Under the pieces are notes generated by a model that saw only the letters and a list, made by a program, of their open reading frames with translations, did not search any database and was not told the DNA's origin. Shown here one piece after another: positions 17,986-27,086 of a stretch of DNA of 64,000 bases. The stretch is from the NCBI GenBank assembly GCA_045579745.1, contig JAZNMQ010000072.1, forward strand, positions 10,358 to 74,357, written 5' to 3'. This stretch comes from Candidatus Flemingiibacterium sp. (lineage in GTDB: Bacteria; Bacillota; Clostridia; Oscillospirales; CAG-272). Both the position numbers and the translations under genes were made by a program. Positions within the stretch are counted from its first letter, which is position 1; each line of letters begins with the position of its first letter.

Positions 17986-18993
17986 CTAAGCCCACTTTAC
18001 ACACGACACAGAGGGGAACGGATAGCTTGCAGCAGCTTTGCCTATTGCACCTGTTTTGTTATCAAGCTCAAAGACTGTGACATCTCCGCTCGACTGATTT
18101 GCAACTGCGATATATTTTTCGTCAGGGCTTATATCAAAGCTTCGAGGGCAAGCTCCGCCGCAATCGTATGTTGCGAGCTTTTTGAGCGTACAACCGCAAG
18201 GCGATACCTCAAAGCAGACGATTGTATCCTGCCCCCTGACTGAGGCGTAAAGATAACGTCCGTCGTTTGTTATATGGATATCTGCTGCTTGAGGTCGCTT
18301 TTGGGCTCCGTCCATCGAGAGAGAATACTTTTCCTTATAGGTCAGCGCAGACGTTTTTTCATCGTAGCCAAACACAACTACCGAGCTGTCAAGCTCTGTC
18401 GCGAGGTAGAGATGCTTTCCGTTCGGATGAAATACAAGGTGACGCGGACCCTGCCCGGGCTCTACGCAAGCGAAGGGATGAGATTCGTTTGCCGAAAGCT
18501 TGCCATCTTCTTTGATGTCGTAGCAGAACAGCTTATCTAAACCGAGGTCAGCGATAATAAGGTGCTTTCCGTCGGGAGAGGGTATAGACGAGTGAACATG
18601 AGGTGCTTCCTGACGATTCGGATTAACACCTTTTCCGGTGTTCTGAATGAAGCTCACACACTCAAGAGTGTGTTTGTTCAAACCGGCGTGACAGCCTCCG
18701 TGATATCCTGACACATATAGAAAGCTTCCGACAACTATAGCGTGACATAAACCGTTTCCGTCAAGCGTGACACGTTCCATCTCACCGCTTGGGGGAATCT
18801 TAACGACAGATGCTGAGGTGTGATTTTCTTCGACAGCGAAAATCGTTCCGTTTTCAACCGTTATATACGAGGGATTTGCGACATCTCCGAATTTCTTCAG
18901 CTCAGTAATCGAGCTTCCGTCAAAGTCCAGGCGGCATATTCCCTCGCCGGGCTCGTTGTTGGTATAAGCCGATGCGTAGAGTGAATAGCTCAT
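17986..18993 (-). CDS. Lactonase family protein (6-phosphogluconolactonase/YbhE-type beta-propeller)
   Basis: NPSY, RQEAPHVH, ADLGLDK, GQGPRHLVFHP, ADIHIT.DGRYLYASVRG, CPRSF. Confidence 0.88.
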   Translation of the reverse strand: MSYSLYASAYTNNEPGEGICRLDFDGSSITELKKFGDVANPSYITVENGTIFAVEENHTSASVVKIPPSGEMERVTLDGNGLCHAIVVGSFLYVSGYHGGCHAGLNKHTLECVSFIQNTGKGVNPNRQEAPHVHSSIPSPDGKHLIIADLGLDKLFCYDIKEDGKLSANESHPFACVEPGQGPRHLVFHPNGKHLYLATELDSSVVVFGYDEKTSALTYKEKYSLSMDGAQKRPQAADIHITNDGRYLYASVRGQDTIVCFEVSPCGCTLKKLATYDCGGACPRSFDISPDEKYIAVANQSSGDVTVFELDNKTGAIGKAAASYPFPSVSCVKWA

Positions 18994-20123
18994 TATTCAT
19001 TGCCTCCCTTGCATCCGCTCCAATATCCGCAGCTGTCTGTAACGAGTGGATATCTGTAGTTCTGAACCGAATCGACTGCGCCCTTGATGTATGCTGTGAA
19101 GTAAGCCTCACAGGTGTGATGTCCGCCAACCATGTCGATCAGGTGGTCGTTCATTATACATCCATCGAAGTTTATTTCATCAAGAGCCTTTATAACATTG
19201 ATGAGATTGTAATAGCCCGCGTCGGGGAATGTTTCTCTGAAACCGCCCTTAGCATCAAGCGGCGAGGTGACGTTTCTGAGGTGAACCTTAAAGAGAAGAT
19301 TACGCTCACCGAGCCATTTGATAAACTCCTCAGGTGTTGCGCCAATCGGGAAACCGCCCTCAAGCCAGCATCCGACACATAGACAGCAGCCGATATTCGG
19401 GCTGCTTGCTATCGTAAGAGCCTTTTTGTAGCCGTCAAATGTGCCGAAAATTCGTCTTGGAACGCCAGCCATAGTATAAACGGGCGGATCATCCGGGTGA
19501 ATTCCGATAAAGACCTTGCTCTCCTCGGCTACGGGGACAACCTGTTTAATGAAATACTCGTAATTTTCCCAAAGCTCTTCCTCGGTATAGCTCCTGCCAT
19601 GAGAGAGCGGCCATGTGAAATCGCCGAATGCGATTGAACGGTTATCGGATTCAAGGTCAAGGCCTGTTCCAAACGCACCGCCGCGAATCTCACGCTTAAC
19701 ATTATCTCTCCAGATTCCGTTGCCCATGTGAGCATAGGTGGAATAGTGTATTCCTGCTTTTCCGAGGTTTTTGATGTAGTTTAAATATCTCTCGATATAT
19801 TCATCTCTGTCGGGAAGACCGAGAGTTACGCTCGACATATTGTGAAGCTCATAATTTTCAAGACGGAAGATTTTCAGTCCGCGCTTTTCAAGCTCCCACG
19901 AAAGCTCCTCATAGCATTCAGCGGTATGCTCGGGAACCTGCCAATGCCTGAGCATGACCCATTCAACGCCGAGCTGTCGCATGAAGTTAATGCCTTCCTC
20001 GTCAAAAACGATCTTGCCGTTTTCGTCACGATAGACTTTTCCCTCAAGCTTAGTTCCGACCTGCATTCCCGGGCGTGAATTCATATAGCCCTTGACTGCC
20101 TTCATCGGGTAATTTCCAAACAT
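18993..20123 (-). CDS. Mannonate dehydratase (UxuA)-like sugar-acid dehydratase, divergent
   Basis: LGLPDRDEYIE, ELWENYEYFIKQVVPVAE, IGIHPDDPP, KVHLRNV, ETFPDAG, MNDH. Confidence 0.75.
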   Translation of the reverse strand: MFGNYPMKAVKGYMNSRPGMQVGTKLEGKVYRDENGKIVFDEEGINFMRQLGVEWVMLRHWQVPEHTAECYEELSWELEKRGLKIFRLENYELHNMSSVTLGLPDRDEYIERYLNYIKNLGKAGIHYSTYAHMGNGIWRDNVKREIRGGAFGTGLDLESDNRSIAFGDFTWPLSHGRSYTEEELWENYEYFIKQVVPVAEESKVFIGIHPDDPPVYTMAGVPRRIFGTFDGYKKALTIASSPNIGCCLCVGCWLEGGFPIGATPEEFIKWLGERNLLFKVHLRNVTSPLDAKGGFRETFPDAGYYNLINVIKALDEINFDGCIMNDHLIDMVGGHHTCEAYFTAYIKGAVDSVQNYRYPLVTDSCGYWSGCKGGNE

Positions 20124-20981
20124 TCAATTATCCTCACTTTCGAGTTTTTTTATTGATTCGTTGACCATTTCTATAGCCTCGTTCCTGTTCTTATCGAGAA
20201 ATCCTTTTCTCACCCATGGAATAGCATCGTGCCCCTCAAGCAGTCCGGGAAGCACGAGCCCACCGTCAATACGGAGCGTGATGCCCGTGATATAACCTGC
20301 CACATCATCAGCAAGATATGCAACTGCCTCGCCAACCTCGCGAGCAGTTCCCGAACGGTGCAGGGGAATGGATTCTTTTACAAAGGGTGTGTTGTTGAAA
20401 TCCCAATTCGGAGAAGGCGCCCATGTGCAGCCGGGTGCTACACAGTTAACGCGAATGTTATATGCCGACAGCTCGAGCGCGATCGATTCGCAGGCGCGTT
20501 TGATTGCCGCCTTGAAGCTTCCGTATATGAAATCGTCGGGATGCGCACTTTCACCGCGAGTTGAAGTGATGAATATTATTGAGCCTGCAATTTCATCTTT
20601 GACCATATGGCGTGCGGCTGCACTGCAGCATAAGATGTAATTTCTGTAATTGGCTTCATAGATATAAGCGAGATCCTTTTCTGTCGCTGTGAGTATTGAT
20701 GCTCTTGAATCTCTGCCTGCGTTGCAAACCATGAGATCGATGTGACCAAGGTCGCGATGCGCCATGTTTACAATTTTTTCGGGAACCTCGGGGATTTCAA
20801 GACTTGCCTGATAAACATAGCATCGTCTGCCGAGCTTTTCGATCTCAGCCTTGGTTTCAAGTGCGCCCTCAAGACGGCTGTTGTAGGTTATTGCCACATC
20901 ATAGCCCTTTTCGGCAAGCACAACTGCGATGCCTTGACCGATATTGTGGCTTCCGCCCGTTACAAGTGCGGTTTTTGACAT
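20124..20981 (-). CDS. SDR-family NAD(P)-dependent oxidoreductase
   Basis: TGGSHNIG, CNAG, YGSFK (YxxxK), IRVNCVAPG, ITGITLRIDGG; RBS GGAGTGAG before ATG 20981. Confidence 0.9.
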   Translation of the reverse strand: MSKTALVTGGSHNIGQGIAVVLAEKGYDVAITYNSRLEGALETKAEIEKLGRRCYVYQASLEIPEVPEKIVNMAHRDLGHIDLMVCNAGRDSRASILTATEKDLAYIYEANYRNYILCCSAAARHMVKDEIAGSIIFITSTRGESAHPDDFIYGSFKAAIKRACESIALELSAYNIRVNCVAPGCTWAPSPNWDFNNTPFVKESIPLHRSGTAREVGEAVAYLADDVAGYITGITLRIDGGLVLPGLLEGHDAIPWVRKGFLDKNRNEAIEMVNESIKKLESEDN

Positions 20982-21061
20982 ATGCTCACTCCAATTCAAC
21001 TTGTTTTTCACATTAATTGTATCACACATTTTTTGCTAAATCAACTCAAAAAATAAAAAAA

Positions 21062-21213
21062 GGGGCTGTTGCAAGTTGAAAACTTGCGGCAGCCCCGGGC
21101 GCGAATGCGCCCAAATACGACGTGTTTTGTGTGCAATGCACACAAAAATGTCACCCTTGGTGGGTGACAAGGTGTATTTTATGGGAGCTGTTGCACTCAG
21201 GTGCAACAGCCCC
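21062..21213. mobile_element. MITE/REP-like palindromic cassette with 12-bp terminal inverted repeats
   Basis: GGGGCTGTTGCA (21062-21073) and TGCAACAGCCCC (21202-21213) are perfect inverted repeats; the interior contains several short hairpins; no credible ORF. Confidence 0.5.
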
Positions 21214-21229
21214 TTAATAGTTTTAGTTA

Positions 21230-22423
21230 TCAGTCGTTTGTGTAGTTGTCGAAGTAGCCCTGAATGAGAACTATCGGAGTACCCTTGTCGCCCGAGCCGG
21301 ATGTGAGGTCGCAGAGCGAACCGATGAGGTCGGTGAGTCTGCGAGGAGTTGTGCCCTCGGAGATCATCTGTCCGACAAGGTTTTCATCCTTTTCGGAGAT
21401 CTTCTGCTTGATGGCTTCTTTGAGCTCATCGCCGTGAAGCTCTGCAAAATCGTTGTCAGCGAGATACTTAAGCTTGAGCTCGTTTGGAGTGCCCTCAAGA
21501 CCGCTGGTGTATGCAGGAGAAACAACCGGGTCAGCAAGCTCCCAGATCTTTCCTACCGGATCCTTGAATGCGCCGTCGCCGTAAACCATTACTTCGATAT
21601 TCTTGCCTGTAGCTTCAAAAAGACGCTTTTGAATAGCATCAACGATCGGCTGGCAATCGCGGGGGAAGAGCTTAACCTGATCTTCTGTAGCCTTGTTTGA
21701 GCCGAGAAGACCGTATTCCTTGTTGTAGCCGCTTCCGTTTACGGGAGCGCTTAAAATATCGTCGAGTCCGAGAATGATCTCTCCGCCTGCATTCTTTAAA
21801 AGTCTTTTTGTACGAGCTCTTGTGTGGATGTCACAGCAGAGTACATTCTTTGTATAGTTAAGGATTGCCTTGGGGTTGTTAGCGAAGATGATCTCGCAAT
21901 CCGCACCGCAGTCGCGGATGAGCTTTTCATAAAATTCAACATAGTCAACGCCGGTGAAGGGATGCTTTTCGTATCCGAACAGCTCGCGGTATTTTTCGAG
22001 TGTGAGGACATCTGCATAGGGGTCAACGCCCTTGTCATCCATAGCGTCGAGGCTGATAAGATGATTTCCTACCTCATCAGACGGGTATGAGAGCATGAGT
22101 ACAATCTTCTTAGCACCCATAGCAATACCGCGAAGGCAGATAGAGAAGCGGTTGCGGCTGAGTATCGGGAAGATAACACCGACAGTTTCACCGCCAAATT
22201 TAGCTTTAACGTCAGCAGCAATGTCGTCAACGGATGCGTAGTTACCCTGAGCTCTCGCAACGATAGCTTCAGTCATAGCAACAACATCACGGTCGTGGAA
22301 TGCGAAGCCGTCATCCTTTTGTGCTTCAAGAACGGAATCTGCGACGATCTTTACAATGTCGTCACCGCTTCTTATAATGGGGGCTCTGACTCCGCGAGAT
22401 ACGGTACCAATCATGCGACTCAT
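21230..22423 (-). CDS. CofE (F420-0:gamma-glutamyl ligase)-like protein of unknown function
   Basis: GVRAPIIRSGDDI, TEAIVARAQG, VMVYGDG, LADPVVSP, DLIGSLCDLTSGSGDKGTPIVLIQG resemble the CofE fold. Confidence 0.65.
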   Translation of the reverse strand: MSRMIGTVSRGVRAPIIRSGDDIVKIVADSVLEAQKDDGFAFHDRDVVAMTEAIVARAQGNYASVDDIAADVKAKFGGETVGVIFPILSRNRFSICLRGIAMGAKKIVLMLSYPSDEVGNHLISLDAMDDKGVDPYADVLTLEKYRELFGYEKHPFTGVDYVEFYEKLIRDCGADCEIIFANNPKAILNYTKNVLCCDIHTRARTKRLLKNAGGEIILGLDDILSAPVNGSGYNKEYGLLGSNKATEDQVKLFPRDCQPIVDAIQKRLFEATGKNIEVMVYGDGAFKDPVGKIWELADPVVSPAYTSGLEGTPNELKLKYLADNDFAELHGDELKEAIKQKISEKDENLVGQMISEGTTPRRLTDLIGSLCDLTSGSGDKGTPIVLIQGYFDNYTND

Positions 22424-22734
22424 ATTAAAAATACCACCTTTATAGTAATTAATTTTCAGATAAAATATCGATAAATTCGTGTGGTTGACTCACCAACTAT
22501 AGATTATATCATAAAATTTCAAGAATATCAAGAAGAAAGTAAAAAAATTTACACCAAATATAATTTATTTCTACAGTAGTTATTTTGGCAGAAATGCTTT
22601 TTTTTATAAAATTACAATTATTGAAAATTGCTATTGAAATCATATGAATTATGTGTTATAATAAAAAACGTGGTAATTATTGATTCTTTTTATAAAAGCA
22701 TCAATTAAAACGATAAATAATCAAAGCTCGACAA

Positions 22735-22834
22735 TTTGTGGCTCTATTTTGGTAATTCCAAAGTTTTGCTGCGCAAAACATGCCCCAAAGGGGAGAAAGG
22801 AAGCTTTTGCTAAGCAAAAGCAATATCAGAATCA
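22735..22834 (+). repeat. Structured repeat element, copy C (partial; purC leader)
   Basis: TTTGTGGCT...TTTTGCTGCGCAAAAC...CCCAAA...AAAGGAAGCTTTTGCTAAGCAAAAGC then 13 nt to ATG; same core as copies A and B. Confidence 0.7.
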
Positions 22835-23518
22835 ATGAAAAAGATTTACGAAGGAAAAACCAAAGATGTTTACTCTCTTGATAACGGCAATGTAATGCTC
22901 AAATTCAAGGACGACTGTACCGGCAAGGACGGCGTTTTCGATCCCGGTGAAAATACTGTAGGCCTTACCATCGAGGGTATCGGCAAGGCTAACCTTCAGA
23001 CCTCCGTCTACTATTTCGAGCTTCTCAAAAAAGCCGGCATCAAGACTCATTATGTATCTGCTGATGTTGATAATGCTACTATGGAAGTTCTTCCCGGAAC
23101 CGTATTCGGTCATGGCCTTGAGGTTATCTGCCGCCTTGTTGCAACAGGAAGCTTTGTTCGTCGCTATGGCGAGTACATCGAGGACGGTACTGTTTTAGAG
23201 GGCGGTTATGTTGAATGCACCTTCAAGAACGATGCTAAGGGCGACCCGCTCGTAACATGTGAAGGTCTTGCGGCTCTCGGAATTATGACTCCCGAAATGT
23301 TCGCTTCCATGAAAGAGCAGACACTCAAGATTACAAAAATCGTTGCTGACGACTTAAAATCCATCGATCTTGACCTTTGGGATATCAAGTTTGAGTTCGG
23401 CTACAACAAGGATGAGGTAATCCTCATCGACGAGATCGCTTCGGGCAACATGCGCGTTTATAAGGACGGCAAGATCGTTGAACCCGTAGAGCTCACAAAG
23501 CTTATTCTTAACAGATAA
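22835..23518 (+). CDS. purC: Phosphoribosylaminoimidazole-succinocarboxamide (SAICAR) synthase
   Basis: [50 protein letters not shown]. Confidence 0.9.
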   Translation: MKKIYEGKTKDVYSLDNGNVMLKFKDDCTGKDGVFDPGENTVGLTIEGIGKANLQTSVYYFELLKKAGIKTHYVSADVDNATMEVLPGTVFGHGLEVICRLVATGSFVRRYGEYIEDGTVLEGGYVECTFKNDAKGDPLVTCEGLAALGIMTPEMFASMKEQTLKITKIVADDLKSIDLDLWDIKFEFGYNKDEVILIDEIASGNMRVYKDGKIVEPVELTKLILNR

Positions 23519-23523
23519 ATAAT

Positions 23524-23554
23524 AAAGGGCTGACGTGTAAAACGTCAGCCCTTT
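23524..23554. terminator. Bidirectional terminator
   Basis: AAAGGGCTGACGT/ACGTCAGCCCTTT perfect 13-bp stem. Confidence 0.9.
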
Positions 23555-23583
23555 GGCATTTCAGAACGGATTTTTGTTTTCTT

Positions 23584-24297
23584 CTATATATTAGTAATAA
23601 CCGCTCCGCCATAATCTGTCAGCTCACCTCCGAGCGAAATACAGCCGCAGCCGTGAATGCGCAAAAACTCACAGATCGCTTTTCCGTCGGGATGAGAATC
23701 GATATCTCCGAGAAAATATACGAGCGGTTTTTCACCTTGATTGCCCTCACAGACAAACGAAGCACCGCCTATAAAACCGTACTCACATCCCTCAAGCGCA
23801 ATGTGTCCGCTTTGAATGCGAAGCACGTCAATTCCGCGCTCCTCCATTTTACAAGCCATGCCGATATCGGCTGTTATCGCGCATCCGCAAAAAGGAAGTG
23901 CAAGCACAGAACAGCAGGCGTAACCCTGATTGACGTTTACAAGCTCAATCCCAAGCTCACATGCGGCAGCCTTTATGGCAGGCGAAAGGCTTGCAGACCT
24001 CGCAAAAAGCAGCTGCCTGACAGCGAGGGCGTTGAATGCGGTGTCGGTAGGATATTCGCCGTGCGGATAGTCGGGAACCATTGTGAAGTGACGGTGAAGC
24101 ATTTGTGGAATGCTGTCACAGTATTTTTCATTAATAATAAGCCGCGAGCCTATTTTGCAAATCAGTGTATCGGCGTGCGAGGCGACAATAGGGTTAAGTC
24201 TGTTGTCCGGAGGCAGAAAAATCGGTGTGAAGCCGTTGTCGGTCAATTTTTTTGAAAAACGGTGCTCGGCGGCATCTGAAAGAAGAATATATCGCAT
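23584..24297 (-). CDS. Conserved hypothetical protein, likely guanidino-modifying (GME/pentein) fold; recalled as DUF6873-like
   Basis: HADTL, YP.D.AFNA, VNQGYACCS, ITADIG, IQSGHIALEGCEYGFIGGAS, DYGG. Confidence 0.55.
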   Translation of the reverse strand: MRYILLSDAAEHRFSKKLTDNGFTPIFLPPDNRLNPIVASHADTLICKIGSRLIINEKYCDSIPQMLHRHFTMVPDYPHGEYPTDTAFNALAVRQLLFARSASLSPAIKAAACELGIELVNVNQGYACCSVLALPFCGCAITADIGMACKMEERGIDVLRIQSGHIALEGCEYGFIGGASFVCEGNQGEKPLVYFLGDIDSHPDGKAICEFLRIHGCGCISLGGELTDYGGAVITNI

Positions 24298-24332
24298 AAA
24301 TACTCCATTTTTGCAAAAACTGATAAAGAACG

Positions 24333-24359
24333 AAAAAAGCCCGCTAAGCGGGCTCTTTT
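24333..24359 (-). terminator. Terminator of rpmB
   Basis: AGCCCGC-TAA-GCGGGCT flanked by A/T runs. Confidence 0.75.
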
Positions 24360-24365
24360 GTGAAC

Positions 24366-24551
24366 TTAAGCTCTGTCAACTTTGCCGGAACGCAGGCAAC
24401 GGGAGCATACATTAACAGTTGTATGTGTGCCGTTTACGATGGCCTTAACGCGTCTAATGTTAGGCTTCCAAGTTCTGTTTGTCTTGCGGTTCGAGTGAGA
24501 TACCGCCTGTCCGAAAGTCACTGCTTTTCCGCAGATTTCACATTTTGCCAT
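24366..24551 (-). CDS. rpmB: 50S ribosomal protein L28
   Basis: MAKCEICGK...VSHSNRKTNRTWKPN...CSRCLRSGKV; RBS AAGGAGG. Confidence 0.97.
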   Translation of the reverse strand: MAKCEICGKAVTFGQAVSHSNRKTNRTWKPNIRRVKAIVNGTHTTVNVCSRCLRSGKVDRA

Positions 24552-24834
24552 GATATTTACCTCCTTAAAGCCACGTAAATAGCGGCGTAGCTAAATCATA
24601 ATTAACAGAGTTATTATATCATATAATTCGATGGATTGCAATAGGTTTTTAAAAAAATATAAAAAAAGATTTATAAACTTTATACTGTTATAATCATGCT
24701 TTCTTGTTACAATTAATAAAACCCGATGTGGGAATATACACCGATAACAGAGAAATAATTCAGCAATTGTACAAACGGTACAAATTCAAACGCATGAATT
24801 AAGCTAAATTTTACATCAGACGCGTGAATTAAAC

Positions 24835-24863
24835 TTGAAAAATATAGTAATTTGTTGTAAAAT
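24835..24863 (+). promoter_or_regulatory. sigmaA promoter of pgi
   Basis: TTGAAA-N17-TAAAAT. Confidence 0.65.
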
Positions 24864-24907
24864 ATAACTATAACTTATTATTAAGTCGAATAAAAGGAGT
24901 ATTTCTA

Positions 24908-26248
24908 ATGGCTATAAAGCTGAATGACAAATATGTAAAAAACTACCTGACAAGCGAGGACCTCTGCGCGATTAAGCCTGCTATCAAATCCTCCATTGAT
25001 CAGATAAAGCAAAAGAACGGACTCGGCAACGACTTTCTCGGATGGTCAACCCTGCCCGTTGATTATGATAAGGGAGAGTTCGCACGTATCAAGGCTGCTG
25101 CCCAGAAAATTAAGAAGTCCTGCGATATTCTCGTGGTAATCGGTATCGGCGGCTCATATCTCGGAGCTCGTGCGGCTATCGAATTTATAAAATCCCCTCT
25201 TTATAATGATAAGAAAAAGGACACTCCGAGCATCTATTTTGCAGGCAACAGCATCAGCTCATCCGCACTTGCTGAGCTTATTGAGATCTGCCAGGGCAAG
25301 GACGTCTGCGTAAATGTTATATCAAAGTCGGGCACAACCACAGAGCCTGCGGTTGCTTTCCGTATTTTCCGCGACCTGCTTGAAAAGAAGTACGGCGAGG
25401 ACGGAGCACGCGAGCGTATCTTTGTTACTACCGACAAGGCGCGCGGAACTCTCAAGGAATTTGCGACAGAGAAGGGATATGAAACCTTCGTTGTGCCGGA
25501 TGATGTCGGCGGACGCTTCTCCGTGCTTACTGCGGTAGGACTTCTTCCGATTGCCGCGGCAGGATGCGATATTGACGCTATAATGAAGGGCGCTGAGGAG
25601 GCTATGAATGCACTCTCGGACGACTCGATCGAAAATAACGATGCGGCTAAATATGCGGCGCTTCGCAACATTCTCTACAGAAAGGGTAAATCCACCGAAA
25701 TTCTCGTTTCCTACGAGCCTGCGATGACTATGATGGACGAGTGGTGGAAGCAGCTCTTCGGCGAGTCTGAGGGCAAGGCAAATATGGGAATTTTCCCTGC
25801 GTCGGTAATCTTCTCGACCGACCTTCACTCTCTCGGTCAGTATATCCAGGAGGGCAGACGCAACATTTTCGAAACCGTCGTATCCATTGCAAAGTCTAAC
25901 GATACGGTAATTATTCCGACAGACCCCGCAAATGTTGACGGACTCAACTTCCTTGCAGGCGAGGAGCTTCACAAGGTTAACGAAGCGGCTATGAATGCTA
26001 CACTTTTGGCGCATGTTGACGGCGGTGTTCCGAATATCCTGCTTGAAATTCCGGACCGCAGCGAGAGCACATTCGGCTATATGGTATATTTCTTCGAGCT
26101 TGCCTGCGCAATTTCGGGATATACTCTCGGAGTAAATCCCTTTAATCAGCCCGGCGTTGAGGCTTACAAGAAGAACATGTATGCGCTTCTCGGAAAGCCC
26201 GGCTACGAGGCGCAGAAGGCTGAGCTCCTTGAAAGAATGTCGAAATAA
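24908..26248 (+). CDS. pgi: Glucose-6-phosphate isomerase
   Basis: [51 protein letters not shown]. Confidence 0.97.
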   Translation: MAIKLNDKYVKNYLTSEDLCAIKPAIKSSIDQIKQKNGLGNDFLGWSTLPVDYDKGEFARIKAAAQKIKKSCDILVVIGIGGSYLGARAAIEFIKSPLYNDKKKDTPSIYFAGNSISSSALAELIEICQGKDVCVNVISKSGTTTEPAVAFRIFRDLLEKKYGEDGARERIFVTTDKARGTLKEFATEKGYETFVVPDDVGGRFSVLTAVGLLPIAAAGCDIDAIMKGAEEAMNALSDDSIENNDAAKYAALRNILYRKGKSTEILVSYEPAMTMMDEWWKQLFGESEGKANMGIFPASVIFSTDLHSLGQYIQEGRRNIFETVVSIAKSNDTVIIPTDPANVDGLNFLAGEELHKVNEAAMNATLLAHVDGGVPNILLEIPDRSESTFGYMVYFFELACAISGYTLGVNPFNQPGVEAYKKNMYALLGKPGYEAQKAELLERMSK

Positions 26249-26356
26249 TTGAAATCTTGGTTCCCAAGCGGTTTGGATGAGATAGCTAAGCTTGTATCAC
26301 AAATTTGTACAAGATGTAAAAACTTTGAATTTTCATATATTTTGTTTAGAAACCAC

Positions 26357-26385
26357 TTGAAATTTTATAAATTTTAGTGTAAAAT
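26357..26385 (+). promoter_or_regulatory. sigmaA promoter driving the structured leader and ORF 26596
   Basis: TTGAAA-N17-TAAAAT; predicted start about 26392. Confidence 0.65.
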
Positions 26386-26391
26386 ATAAAT

Positions 26392-26571
26392 ACGGGATAT
26401 CAGCTATGTGTTAATCGTAAGACTGACACATAAAAAGCGTCGCTTTGGGGATGTATCTGCCGAAATAACGCTTTTAAATGATGAAGTGCATCTTTTGTCG
26501 GGTTTTGCCGATAGATTGAAGCTTGAAGCAAGGCTTCGCGGAAGATACTTTGTCCGAGGCTGATAATCACC
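26392..26571 (+). ncRNA. Candidate ~180-nt structured RNA (cis-regulatory leader or sRNA), family not identified
   Basis: Closing helix 26394-26405/26558-26571; internal stems ATGTGTTA/TGACACAT and AAAAGCGT/ACGCTTTT; three smaller hairpins; GTATCT/AGATAC long-range pairing. Confidence 0.55.
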
Positions 26572-26595
26572 AAATTACAAGGAGGATTTCTCACT

Positions 26596-27003
26596 ATGTT
26601 AAATTTAATCATCGGCGTCAAAGGTACAGGCAAGACCAAGCAGCTTATCGAAATGGTAAACAACGCATCCGAGCAGAGCAAGGGTTCGGTTGTTTGCATT
26701 GAAAAAGGAACCAAGCTGACTTATGATATTAAGCATACATCGCGTTTGATCAATGTAGATGAATACGGCATCTGTGATGCACAGTCGCTTTTTGGCTTTG
26801 TAGCCGGAATTATTGCATCCAATCACGATGTTACCGATATATATATCGACTCTGCTCTCAAAATCTGCAAGAATGATGTTGAAAGCTTCGACACACTTCT
26901 TGACGAAATGAACGAGCTTGCTGTAAATAACAACCTCAAGCTCACCATGACTATTTCGATTGCTAAGGAAATGGCAACCGAAAAGATGAACAAGTACATC
27001 TAA
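26596..27003 (+). CDS. Small conserved P-loop-containing protein of unknown function
   Basis: 135 aa; Walker A GVKGTGKT near the N-terminus; IYIDS strand; strong RBS GGAGG. Confidence 0.75.
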   Translation: MLNLIIGVKGTGKTKQLIEMVNNASEQSKGSVVCIEKGTKLTYDIKHTSRLINVDEYGICDAQSLFGFVAGIIASNHDVTDIYIDSALKICKNDVESFDTLLDEMNELAVNNNLKLTMTISIAKEMATEKMNKYI

Positions 27004-27086
27004 GCTCAAATGGAGCTTAAAAAGCTGCCGCGAATCAACGATTCGCGGCAGAATTATCGAATATACGAATTTTTTGGAGACAGTAA

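Noticed and set aside
21230-22423. Interpreting the CofE-like gene as evidence of F420 biosynthesis
   Set aside because: No other cof/fbi genes are in the window; the fold alone does not specify the substrate.
22424-22834. Purine or ZTP riboswitch upstream of purC
   Set aside because: I could not find their core consensus motifs; only the repeat element is visible.
26392-26571. Calling the structured RNA 6S RNA or tmRNA
   Set aside because: The size fits 6S, but the fold is multi-branched rather than a rod with a central bubble. GGGGATGTA is internal, and the tmRNA GGATTCGAC motif, tag ORF and CCA end are absent. An Rfam scan is still needed.
26596-27003. Annotation as twitching-motility PilT
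   Set aside because: At 135 aa it is far too short for PilT, and no pilus genes are nearby.
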